The notes below the pieces were generated by a model that was not told the origin of the DNA, did no database searches, and saw only the letters and a list, made by a program, of their open reading frames with translations. Shown piece by piece: positions 52,452 through 64,000 of a DNA stretch of 64,000 bases. Position 1 is the stretch's first letter; every line of letters starts with the position of its first letter. The DNA is taken from positions 214,272,001 to 214,336,000 of the forward strand of contig OX597815.1 of NCBI GenBank assembly GCA_951406725.2, written 5' to 3'. The position numbers were made by a program, and so were the translations under genes. The stretch is from Octopus vulgaris (lineage: Eukaryota).

Positions 52452-53329
52452 GCACACACATAAATTCATATTCTCTCCAACGCCGCCGGGAGCGCTACAT
52501 TATTTGTGTTATGTGGAAAATATTCCATCAATATTGTACAAATGATGTTGGCATCAATTTTAAAATCCATCCAAGACTTGGCCCCCGTGCTAAGCGCCCA
52601 TTACCAAAATCGAACTCGGTACACATAGCAACATTACGTCACAATTACTTTACCTCAGCTCTCTTTAATACCAAAATACGTCAAAACGGAAAAGGATTCC
52701 ATAAAATTCAAATGCTCACTGGACAAATTTCTTTAAAAAATCCCGGACCAACTTCCAACACCCGGATATGTCACCAACAATAATAAGTCTTTGTTGGAGT
52801 GGGCTATGGTGCCCCATATATGACTAAAAGACTTCACCAAGTGGTGCTATTGAGTTAGACATGTCCTGGACCTATACTGGCTGAAACCTATCAAAGTTAT
52901 CAAAGTTATATATATATAACACCCTAATGGGAGCCTTAACTCCCAAATTTTAGTCATTTCTTTTATGATCCAAAACTAGGTCAAAAGTACTGAATGGATC
53001 TTTATGAAATTTGGAAATTATATTCTATGCATAAGGGCTATAACCCCCATGACAATTCATATATTTCTGCTGTTGATGAAATTTTAACCATAGATATTTG
53101 ACACAAATGAAGTAATATTTATAAGATTTCATCTTCTTACTAGTTAGAAAAACCCCTCCATGGGGACTTAACACCCACAATTTTGTCATTTTATCTAAGC
53201 AAAAACGAATACAGTTATGCTCTTGGAAGCTGTAGGGTTACCCGAGCATAAAAGTTGGGCATTATTTCTAATTCAATGGTACAACAGTGTAACAGTTTGC
53301 TTTGACATACACTTACATTGTGATTTCTG

Positions 53330-53700
53330 CAATGCGGTGCATAAATTGTCAAGTAAATGAGAGGCATCTTTGCCTCCACTGATTCAATTGCAAAGTGTTG
53401 AGTAAAGTTATTTGATTGCAGACCTCCTTTCAGTCTTTTTATTATCACTCGGTCACATATAGTCCCCAGATGGTAACATTGATTACAAGGCCTCCCCAGA
53501 TGAGTGACTGGTTATTCAAAGACATTTATAGATTTTAAATTCATTCTGTCCAGTTACGTATCAGTATAGTGGTCATTTGCAAACTCCAGACGAGACACTT
53601 TAATTTCTCCTTAGCCCTCACGTCAAACAGTTGTTAATGTTGATTTCAGTTGGGTCACGCCCTTCCAATTGCTATAGATTCGTAATGCATCTTACGGGTG
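53330..53700 (-). pseudogene. Highly degraded LINE RT fragment
   Basis: Minus-strand GEIKVSRLEFAND (FADD-like) followed by YHLG. Confidence 0.35.
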
Positions 53701-53862
53701 AGCCTGTCACCTGGATGGTAAGGAATTTTACTTTGGGAGTGGTAGCGACTATGGTAGGGTAACTGACTGCTTATTGTGATCATTCGTCTTTTGGTTTCCA
53801 GTAGCTTTGCTCTCTTTTAAGTAGAAGAAATGATCACACACACACGCGCACACGCACACACG

Positions 53863-53894
<32 letters not shown>

Positions 53895-54711
53895 TTAGGA
53901 AGCGCATCCAGCCATAAAAATCCTGCGAAGACACACTAGCCTGGAGCAGTCTTCTACCGTCCTACCCCTGCATGCAAGAAAAACAGATGTTAAGCAATGG
54001 AAATGATGATGATGATGACAATGATGAGACACATACATGCACACACCCACACACACATAGATGCACACATACACATATATAGATGCACACACGCACACAT
54101 ATATAGATGCACGCGTGCGCTCACACACACACATGTATATATCTATAATATAAATTGGACATGGGCGATCGTTGTCTTCTTTCTTGTCTTGAGGTTCACA
54201 GCCAAACGGCTGGATTGATTTGCATGAAAAATAGCACACACGTGGAGAAGGGTGCATAGATTGGAATGTGGTTTGTATTTTTTTTTCCTAGCACCCATAC
54301 TTACCGAGAAAATCGATTAAAACTTTTCTAATGGAATTCTCTTTCAGTTGCTTAGAAGCTGTTTTTTTGATGGGGTGGGATCAGGAAATTTTTATATAGC
54401 TAGAGGCTCCAATCGAAACAGGGGACCCGAAAACATAAGGTTGAGAAACGCTGTTATAGATTATGCCTGACCGAAAACGATCACAGCCACATCATCCAAA
54501 CAGACCGGGTGAAACCGGGCTAAGCTGCTAGTATAGGATGAAAATGTTTTTCAAAAATTTCATCAAGTGACCAGCATATTAAAATACCTTTAAAGGTGAA
54601 AATTATAAACAATTATAAATAAGGGCAAAAGAAAAAATTTGTGTAGACGATTTAAAGTCTATTTCTCAGCATTTTGGCATAGAATTTTTTTCTTTTGCCC
54701 TTATTTATAAT

Positions 54712-54791
<80 letters not shown>

Positions 54792-54799
54792 TATATATG

Positions 54800-54946
54800 C
54801 GCAGGAGTGGCTGTGTGGTAAGAAGCTTGCTTCCCAACCACATGGTTCCGAGTTCAGTCTCAATGCGTGGCACCTTGGGCAAGTGTCTTCTGCTATAGCA
54901 GAAATGAGTGGATTTGGTAGACGGAAACTGAAAGAAGCCTGTCGTA

Positions 54947-54988
<42 letters not shown>

Positions 54989-55205
54989 TGTGTATATGTT
55001 TGTGTGTCTGTGTTTGTCCCCCTAGCATTGCCTGACAACCGATGCTGGTGTGTTTACGTCCCCGTCACCTAGTGGTTCGGCAAAAGAGACCGATAGAATA
55101 AGTACTGGGCTTACAAAGAATAAGTCCCGGTGTCGATTTGCTCGACAAGGCGGTGCTCCAGCATGGCCGCAGTCAAATGACTGAAACAAGTACAAGAGTA
55201 AAAGA
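54800..55205 (+). mobile_element. SINE family B, full length
   Basis: Head GCAGGAGTGGCTGTGTGGTAAGAAGCTTGC through the tail. Confidence 0.9.
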
Positions 55206-55258
55206 CTAATATATATATGTATATGTATATGTATATGTATATATATATACGTATGTAC

Positions 55259-55306
<48 letters not shown>

Positions 55307-55437
55307 CGACGTACGTACCCTCTCTCTTATATGTAAGTACACATTTCTCTAAACTTGGTACGACTCTGTCTCTCTCCTCCTCTCCTACATTTCTTCGCCT
55401 TTCTTACTTTGCACTTCACTTTGCCCCTGTCTCTTTT

Positions 55438-55473
<36 letters not shown>

Positions 55474-55744
55474 TCCTCCTTAATTCCTTGTTCCTCTATT
55501 TCTCTCTCTTCTCCCTTTCTTTAATTCCTCTGGCCCTCTTTTCCTCTCTCTTCTCTTCACACGTGACTGACTGACCAACTGCTGACCTTTTCGGTTCTAG
55601 CCGCAGTAACGGTAACATCGACATTTTTCTCTTTCCCCAAGGCACATTCCTAACATGCCAGCTGAGTATAATTCGTCTAGTCGAAAGACGCCAGTTTGTG
55701 ATGTCCTGCTATTGTTATTTTATTATTATTATTATTGTTTCTAC

Positions 55745-55797
<53 letters not shown>

Positions 55798-56214
55798 GTT
55801 TTTACGTATTATTTTTGTATTCATATTCGTGTAACATCGTCCGTTTTCCGTCCTTGTTTTGTATACATTCGAAGCTTTCTTTTCCTTGGGGCTGGCCAGA
55901 TTGGATCAATCTCAAGATTAATCAGCCTAAATTGCGAGGATGATCCGGTTCTTGACTGAAGATTGAAGGCTTCGAATGTCCTGTCGATGTTTTTTGTATC
56001 GTCTCCAAAATATTTTGCGTTCTTGTCCCAGTTTGTATTTTTATTCATATATATAGTTGGATAAATAGATACATAAATTGATAGATATAGATAGATAGAT
56101 GAATAGAGAGGCAGATAAAGAGACGGACATAAATAGATAGATAGACAGACAGACAGATAGATAGATGGATAGATGGATAGATAGATAGATAGATAGATAG
56201 ATAGGTAGATAGAT

Positions 56215-57482
56215 ATGTTTCTTTATTAGCCACACAGGGCTGCACACAGATAGAACAAATTACAAGGTAGAGCTTTTCTTTTGAAGGTTTAAGAAAGAAA
56301 AAAAAAAAAAAAGGAAGGGGGGTTTCGATCAAAAGGGATCGTAAAAGGAGAGAAAGAGGACAAAAAAAGGGGGGTTTAAAAAAAAGGGGGGAGGAAAAAA
56401 AATTGATCAATAGGGATCGTTATCACAGAAATGTCAATATGAAGTGTAAAGGGGAGGACAGGTGAGGTTTACCCGTGCAAAGAAAAGCCTACGGAAAAGA
56501 CCACGGTAACCTTGGTCAATGATGTCACATTTTATATTTCTTTTTTTTTTTTTTTTTGCAAATAAGCAACTCTCTGTTTTCGATTTCTGGGTTCATAGGA
56601 CTATGCTCAAGGTGGCTTCGTCATTCATACGTGCCATTCTTGCTACATTCACCCATCTTTTTTTAAAACATTCGCTAGACAAAACTTGCCTCTCTACTCT
56701 CACTTTCCTTTTCAAGTGGTACTTGAAGAAGTTGATGAGAGATTGACCAGAGAGGAAAGTGTTTGTCTCCAATCCTTTCAGACGCGTCCACCAGATACAT
56801 TCTTTCGCCATAGCCACAAGGATGATGAAAATAGCTCTTCCTTCCCGTTTGAAGGAAGGAGGCGTGACAATATTGACGATAGACTCAGCTGATAAACCGA
56901 CTCGTCCCACACGTGACAGCAGTTGTTCGACATAAGCCCACAGGTCGGAAATTGTTGGACACTGAACGAGTGCGTGCAGAACGGTTTCGTCGCTCTGACC
57001 GCATCTCGGGCAGGTCGGCCCCGTGTTTCTCGAGCCGTGTCTGTAGAGCTTATCCCGAACGGGTAGCGCTTCTCGGTAGCACTGCCAGGCCAGGGATCTC
57101 TGGAAGTTGTGCATGGGCCCTGGCCCGAAAGTCGTCCTGAACAGGCGGGTCAGGTACTCCTCGTCGACGTCCAGGTTCGCCCCGAGCTCGTCGTCGTACC
57201 TCCTCCACTAAACCCCTATAGAATGCTTTGGTTGTGTTGAAGTCACTTAAGGTCGACCCAGGACGGCAGAGTTGCTTGAGAGCAACGCGACACTCGCGGT
57301 GCCATTCGCCCTTCCTCGGCCTCTTTTTGATCCACGACTGCAGTTCGGTCATGGAGACGAGCTGCGGGAAAGCGTGCCTCACAAACGGCGACCACACCTG
57401 TTCACCGTCGTCTACATAGAGCCAGAGATGCCGCAGTCTCAGCGCGTGTCTGCGCATCATCAACCACGGCATGCCCAGCCCT
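56215..57482 (-). mobile_element. 5'-truncated L1/Tx1-clade LINE (ORF2 C-terminus with zf-RVT, plus 3' UTR)
   Basis: GMP..., [39 protein letters not shown]. Frameshift near 57200; stop at 56593; ends AATAAAGAAACAT in (TATC)n. Confidence 0.85.
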
Positions 57483-57569
57483 AGACAGATAGATAGATGA
57501 ATAGAGAGGCAGATAAACAGACGGACATAAATAGATAGATAGACAGACAGATAGATAGATGGATAGATG

Positions 57570-57643
<74 letters not shown>

Positions 57644-57727
57644 CAGATAGATAGATGAATAGAGAGGCAGATAAACAGACGGACATAAATAGATAGATAG
57701 ACAGACAGATAGATAGATGGATAGATG

Positions 57728-57782
<55 letters not shown>

Positions 57783-57783
<1 letters not shown>

Positions 57784-57923
57784 TGTTTCTTTATTAGCCA
57801 CACCGGGCTGCACACAGATAGAACAAATTACAAGGTAGAGCTTTTCTTTTGAAGGGTTAGAAAAAAAAAAAAAAAAAAAGGAAGGGGGGAGTTTCGATCA
57901 AAAGGGATCGTAAAAGGAGAGAA
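57783..57923 (-). mobile_element. Second, 140-bp 3' end of the same Tx1-like LINE
   Basis: Near-identical to 56215-56354, with the same 3' junction. Confidence 0.9.
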
Positions 57924-58009
57924 GATAGATAGATGAATAGAGAGGCAGATAAACAGACGGACATAAATAGATAGATAGACAGACAGACAGATAGATAGAT
58001 GGATAGATG

Positions 58010-58050
<41 letters not shown>

Positions 58051-58153
58051 GTAGATAGATAGATAGACAGATAGATAGATGGATAGACAGACAGATAGAT
58101 AGATGGATAGATGGATAGATAGATAGACAGACAGATAGATAGATAGATAGATG

Positions 58154-58220
<67 letters not shown>

Positions 58221-58356
58221 GGATAGATGGATAGATGGATAGATAGATGGATAGATAGATGGATAGATAGATAGATAGATAGATAGATGGATAGATGGAT
58301 AGATGGATAGATAGATGGATAGATAGATGGATAGATAGATAGATAGATAGATAGAT
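57924..58356. repeat. (GATA)n/(GGAT)/(GACA) compound microsatellite
   Basis: Direct reading. Confidence 0.95.
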
Positions 58357-58645
58357 GTTATATATCAATATGTGTAACATTGTCAAGCTGCGTATATATG
58401 AATTCGTCAATGCTTGTGCATATGCATCAGCATATCCTGCAAGAAGTGCCCAACGTTTTTCTTGTTCTTTTTCATCTCTTATTATTTTCTCTCTCTGAAA
58501 TAATTACAATATTGTCTATCGACTGATCATGTCTGGCAAATTACTAATGGAATATCATCGTTATGGGAGCGGTTGTTAAAACATATTAATGAAGACGATA
58601 TATTAATACAGACATTAGGAAAGAAGTAAAACATATAACTATATT

Positions 58646-58696
<51 letters not shown>

Positions 58697-59314
58697 CAGT
58701 ATATATATATATATACTGAACAATAAATGCTTATCTAATAAAAATAACTTCTATATGGTATTAAAAAAAAAGTCCAAATATATTCAGCAACTGAAACAGA
58801 TAATTCATTTGTAAGAGTCGGAAGGTCGTCTGAGTTGCCATTACAATTATTAAGTAATTGCAAAATGGCGTTTACTTTCTTTTATTTCCGCCATTTAGCA
58901 AATTCAGGTATTATAAAGTAGGAGATTAATCCATCGGCTAATTGAGATGTCTGTATTTTAATTTCCTGATCATTACTTGAGAATTTATTGATAATTGAAC
59001 TATCAATTAGACGTGGAAAAAAACTACACGCATCCCTTTCGCAGTCAATCAATATGTTCACTAACGTGCACTAGTTCGTTCGTAACAATAGACATTAATC
59101 GTTACACACATACATATTTACAAACAAACATGCATTTGTACTTTTGATACGAGTTTCTTTACGTACGTACGTACATGCAAATACACACATACATACAAAT
59201 ACACGCGCACACATAATACTGGCGTCATAAGAATTTTATAAACTTTCGAGAGGACGTGAAATAATTCTTTTAAAGAATAATAGTTCTTGAAGCTATAATA
59301 GTAGTGTCTACAAG

Positions 59315-59755
59315 GGATCTTTTCGGTTTGAACAGCAGTTTTTCTAGCGGTGGCATATGAAATTGTCACCCATAATTATGACCCTAGTATCGATCTATTG
59401 CATTTCAATCTGTTTTAGGGTTCGGGTTAGTTAGGGTTAGTTAGGATTAGGGTTAGGGGTAGGAGGAAGGGTTATTTTTTCTTCACAAATGTAAATAAAC
59501 CCAATCTGTTTCTTAAACGAGGGACATATTCATACAGCACAGAATGTTTTCACCTCAATAGACGTCATTGATTGGTTGAAATTGCAGAAATTGAAGAAGA
59601 AAAAACCACAAATATCTTACAAACTATAGAATTTTCTCAATAAAGCCAAGAGAAAAATATGTTTTATAAACACATTCTACCGGTATACGAAGTTTAAAAG
59701 TGTTTAGTTACGTGGACATTATTAAAAAAAACTGCCGTTCAAACCGAAAAGGTCC
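59315..59755. mobile_element. MITE with ~28-bp TIRs and 8-bp TSD (Merlin-like), internal TTAGGG-like tract
   Basis: TIRs GGATCTTTTCGGTTTGAACAGCAGTTTTT and AAAAACTGCCGTTCAAACCGAAAAGGTCC; TSD TCTACAAG/TCTCCAAG. Confidence 0.75.
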
Positions 59756-59989
59756 TCTCCAAGAGCTATAATAGTAGTGTCTACAAGATGAGAGCTCGGT
59801 TCTCACGAGCATCTTTCGATCGTTTCTATCCAATAGGAACTTTTACAATCCAACATTTACAGGATATTATTTATACTGTTATGTGTTCTTCGGTAACCAC
59901 TATTCTATAAAATTAATGTATATATATACGTATGTACGTGTGTATATATATATATATGTATGTATGTATGTGTGTGTGTGTGAGTGTGT

Positions 59990-60026
<37 letters not shown>

Positions 60027-60211
60027 AGTGTATGTGTGTATGAGTGTATGTGTGTGTGTGTGTGTATATGAGTGTGTGTGTGTATGAGTGTGTGTGTGTG
60101 TGTGTTAATAAATCCCGTCGATCGTCAATTTCGACGTATGAGTATTTGAAGGAGAGGATTTGTGAAAAATGAGAGAGAAAGAAAGAACATCTTTAAAAAT
60201 AAAAGAAGTTG

Positions 60212-60800
60212 CATCTATTTGCGATGGATGCATGAATATAATTTGAGTCGAGGGATGGATTTTGCTATGAAGTCACAATGGGGGCATTGATGAATTTTAT
60301 TTTTCCTGAGATTGAGCAAATGTGTCTGTTGATTGCAGGATATAATTCTTTTAATATTCTGTTTCTTCAACTCAAATTGTTTTGATACATCATGACACAT
60401 TTTTAATGCAATGCAATTCGTTCTAGGCAATGACTTTTACAAGATGCCAAGTAAATCTGTGATTTCTTCAACTTATCCTTATACTTAAGGATGGGTCTTC
60501 CTTTACCACGGTATCACTTCCTTTACTGTGGTATTCGCAATGCTATCATCTTTCATTCGAATATGTCCTATCCATCTGCACTGAATTCTCAGCATCATGC
60601 ATTTGGTACTGGAGATATCACACTTTTCTAAGATTTTGACATTTGATATTTTATCTTGCCATATCATGTTGCAGATATTGCGCAAACAGCACATGTGCAA
60701 TAATCCGGTCAATACAATATAAAGTTACGAACTCTAATAGTTTTTGCAATGAAAACAAGTGGCAAAGCAGGTTTCTATAAGGTGCCTTGTTTCTCCAAGC
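60212..60800 (-). pseudogene. Degraded RTE/BovB-type LINE 3' region
   Basis: HMCCLRNI..WQDKISN..IL...RWIGHIRM and a terminal CPHC...H zinc finger. Confidence 0.7.
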
Positions 60801-61012
60801 AAACGTCGGGCTCTGAGCACATGGTCCTGATTTTCAAATAGAATCGACCTTGTGCTCAGAGCCCTCAGATTGCTTGGAGACACAAGGATCGTTATAAAAA
60901 CCTTACTAGTTACGTGCCTTCAAAATAAAGATCTATTTGTATCTTTTATAATTTGGTGTACATTACATGGGCTAAACAACAGTATGTATGTACATATGTG
61001 TATATGTATATA

Positions 61013-61056
<44 letters not shown>

Positions 61057-61091
61057 CATATATATATATACATATAAACATATATATATAC

Positions 61092-61122
<31 letters not shown>

Positions 61123-61129
61123 ATTAATC

Positions 61130-61588
61130 AATATAGGGTGGCAAAAAATTCAGCAGAAATTATTTACCACCAGCGGCCGAGTGGGAAAAAAGTAAATAGT
61201 CAGAGACTATTAATAAATTCAACAGCAAAATTAAGGAACGGCCATATTAGGCCGCTAGAAATAGCAGCCAAGGCTTCAACCGCAAAACAATATTAATTCC
61301 GTAAACCAGGAGAAAATTAAAAAAACATTTACCCTGTAATACTTTATACAATGCATCGTTTCGTCTATTTTTTAATGGCAAATCAACCTGATTAAATTAA
61401 ATCAAGCTAATCTTCCATAGGCCAATAGATTCATCAGTAAAGTAAGCCAGACGGGACAGATATTTTCACGAGGCAGCACCACTACTGTCTCGGCTATATC
61501 TGACCTAAAATTTTCAAATCATCGTAAGCCTTGGCTGCTATTTCTAGTGGGTTGAACGGCCTATTATGGCCGTTCCTTAATTTTGCTG

Positions 61589-61590
<2 letters not shown>
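61130..61590 (-). mobile_element. Penelope-like pLTR fragment with inverted segment
   Basis: 61222-61276 is inverted relative to 61526-61588; contains a hammerhead; (TA)n flanks. Confidence 0.65.
61340..61444 (-). ncRNA. Type I hammerhead ribozyme with extended stem II
   Basis: Minus strand TACTTTA-CTGATGA-ATCTATT...AATAGAC-GAAA-CGATGCATTG-TA-TAAAGTA. The first stem II pair is an A-C mismatch. Confidence 0.7.
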
Positions 61591-61657
<67 letters not shown>

Positions 61658-61662
61658 TATAC

Positions 61663-61701
<39 letters not shown>

Positions 61702-61709
61702 TGTAAGTG

Positions 61710-61757
<48 letters not shown>

Positions 61758-63637
61758 CACAGATATATATATACTGATACACAAATTCATACATCAGACT
61801 GTCTGATGAAGGCAAAGCAGGCCGAAACTTCGACACACACAAACACGCGCGCGCACGCGCACAGAAGCCTATTCATTACTTAATAACGACAAAATTGGAA
61901 TCAGCGATCATTTACTTTCGCCAGGAGTGGCTAACTATCATTTCTGATCGTTAAATTGCTCTTTAGAAATAACTGAATACAAGATATACAAATCTCTTAT
62001 TTCTTTCTTTGTTCCCTGAAAGTACGTACAAAAATTTATGATTTACTGAACAGTAGCCCCCTTTATCAATTTACGTTTTTATCTTATATAATTTGAAATA
62101 TTTTCACATGATTACGCTCTCATTTGCATAACCGTACATAAAACTCAAAAGATTCCTGCTTCACTCACGCATATAAAAACACGAGCACATTCACACATGA
62201 ATGTCACGTGTGTGAGAGAAAGAAAGAAAAGTAATAAAATCATAAAACATTTTTCCTATTGTTACTTATCCCAGGATACTCACCGCCGTTGCGCATGTAT
62301 AGGCATTTGTTTATATTAGGTTGTGTTATGTGTTGTTCTTTATTGGAATATTTATATGAAAGAATCAGGCGGTGTTGTAGCCTGACTTTTTCAGGAGGTA
62401 TGTTATAGAATATATTTGAAGGAGAAATTCTTTTCTAGATTCTCTTTCAGTCACTCCACGTTAAAAGAAATTTATGAGTCGTCGTTAAGCATTGCACACT
62501 TTGATATCTGGTGATAATGATTTTAATTATTTACAGTTGTAGTCTGATGATACTTTGCAAATAAGTGCAAAACGCGCAAGTACAATGCGCATACTACTAT
62601 ATTTCCTCTTCAGATAATATGTAAGAAATTTGTGAAACGTAAATGAAATGTATTGCCCTAAACTAAATATAAGGGACAAGTATGTAATATATGAAAATGC
62701 TTAATAAAATATTCTTAAGTCGTATCTTCATAGCATTTCTGAAATGAAGCTGTTTCCTGGGTAGTACGGAGAAACAGAGACAAACAGATAGAAATAGACA
62801 GACAAACAGATACACACGCACTCACACACAGTCTCATTACACACACACACACACACACACACAACTGGCTTATATGAAATATATATTTCTAATCCCGAGT
62901 TTCAAGCTATTGCGCTATTTGGACAATAGCTATGTGTATATGTATATATATATATTAAAATAATAGATAAAGGAGTACAATTTTAGCTCGTCTGAGAAGG
63001 ATAGTTAAATATTTAAGCATCGAATGTGATTAATGACTTATCGGGTAACTGGCATTATGACCTTACTTCCATTTGATTTAAACAAAGAGAAAAGTGGAGC
63101 TTAAGATGTACAGCATAAAACATGGAATATTTGACACAAAGGTTACTTGTGGGACTTGTAGATATTTCCGTGGTCTTTCACGTACTTAGCCGCTATAGAA
63201 CTAAAGACAATCACATATGTAGCTGCGAAATATATAGTAGCCCTGGACATCATAATTTGTTGGTAAGTCAACCAGGAACGGAGAGATGAATGAAGTGAAA
63301 ACCTTGTGTCAAGAGAAAATGTCAAACATCTCAGAAAAGTAACGGAAAAGATAACTATTCTGATGCGCAAAAATACACACACACACACACACACACATAC
63401 ATATATACTTACCTACATACGTGGTTTTAAAATTCTTTTGTACCATTTACATATATATATGTAAATGCGGAGCAGATGAAACGGGGACAACTGAAGAAGG
63501 GGAATATTCTTTATGTTGCATGCCTCGTTTCTCATTGCGTTCAACGTTTTTTGATATCCTGTACCCATATATGCATGTATATATACATATATATGTAGGT
63601 ATGTACATATATGTATGTATATATTTATATATTATTC

Positions 63638-63723
<86 letters not shown>

Positions 63724-63734
63724 ACTATTGTAGG

Positions 63735-64000
63735 ATAACATTTTTTTCGAAAAAAAAAATTTTTATCAATGGCCAGCATATCAAAAAATACCTTTAAAGG
63801 TTAAATTTATAAATAACTTATAAAAAAAGGGCAAAAGAAAAATTCTAATGCCAAATATACCGAAAAAAGACAAAATTGTCAATAACCATTATAATGTATG
63901 CGTCTCGAAACAAGCCGATAGAAATTTCTAAAAAAATCCCTTATTACCGTATTGGTCCCAATTCCGGGGTTAATTCATAAGAATTTTCCCCTCCTCAGCG
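63735..64000. repeat. Dispersed repeat shared with 54545-54712 (probable Penelope-like terminus)
   Basis: Shared CCAGCATAT..AATACCTTTAAAGGT...AAGGGCAAAAGAAAAA. The 54545 copy carries a short inversion. Confidence 0.5.

Noticed and set aside
59415-59460. Possible telomere or chromosome fusion site
   Set aside because: Short, degenerate and enclosed within MITE TIRs.

Overview
AT-rich, microsatellite-saturated animal intergenic or intronic DNA. The tRNA-headed SINE families and the (TA)n/(TATG)n/(GATA)n load suggest an octopus genome; this is inference from repeat style only. I recognise no host protein-coding exon, tRNA or rRNA gene, and most ORFs in the track are microsatellite artefacts. 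The window is a retroelement landscape: one 5'-truncated CR1/L2-group LINE with an intact APE+RT ORF2 (20936-23980) whose 3' tail matches an abundant SINE family, RTE-type LINE fragments, two 3' ends of an L1/Tx1-type LINE in a (GATA)n tract, a Penelope-like GIY-YIG fragment, Tc1/mariner relics, MITEs, Helentron-type non-autonomous elements and at least four SINE families. Most notable: (1) three highly divergent copies of an ORF1-only element (conserved N-terminal block, CCHC knuckle, unrecognised C-terminal domain, no RT), two of which join the same nucleotide of the same SINE family; (2) a 362-bp tandem-plus-inverted array carrying minimal hammerhead ribozymes with a compensatory U3-A8 core; (3) further hammerheads with long stem II; (4) apparent ~130-bp duplications around the Tx1-like insertions. 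Repeat boundaries were read by eye and are approximate.
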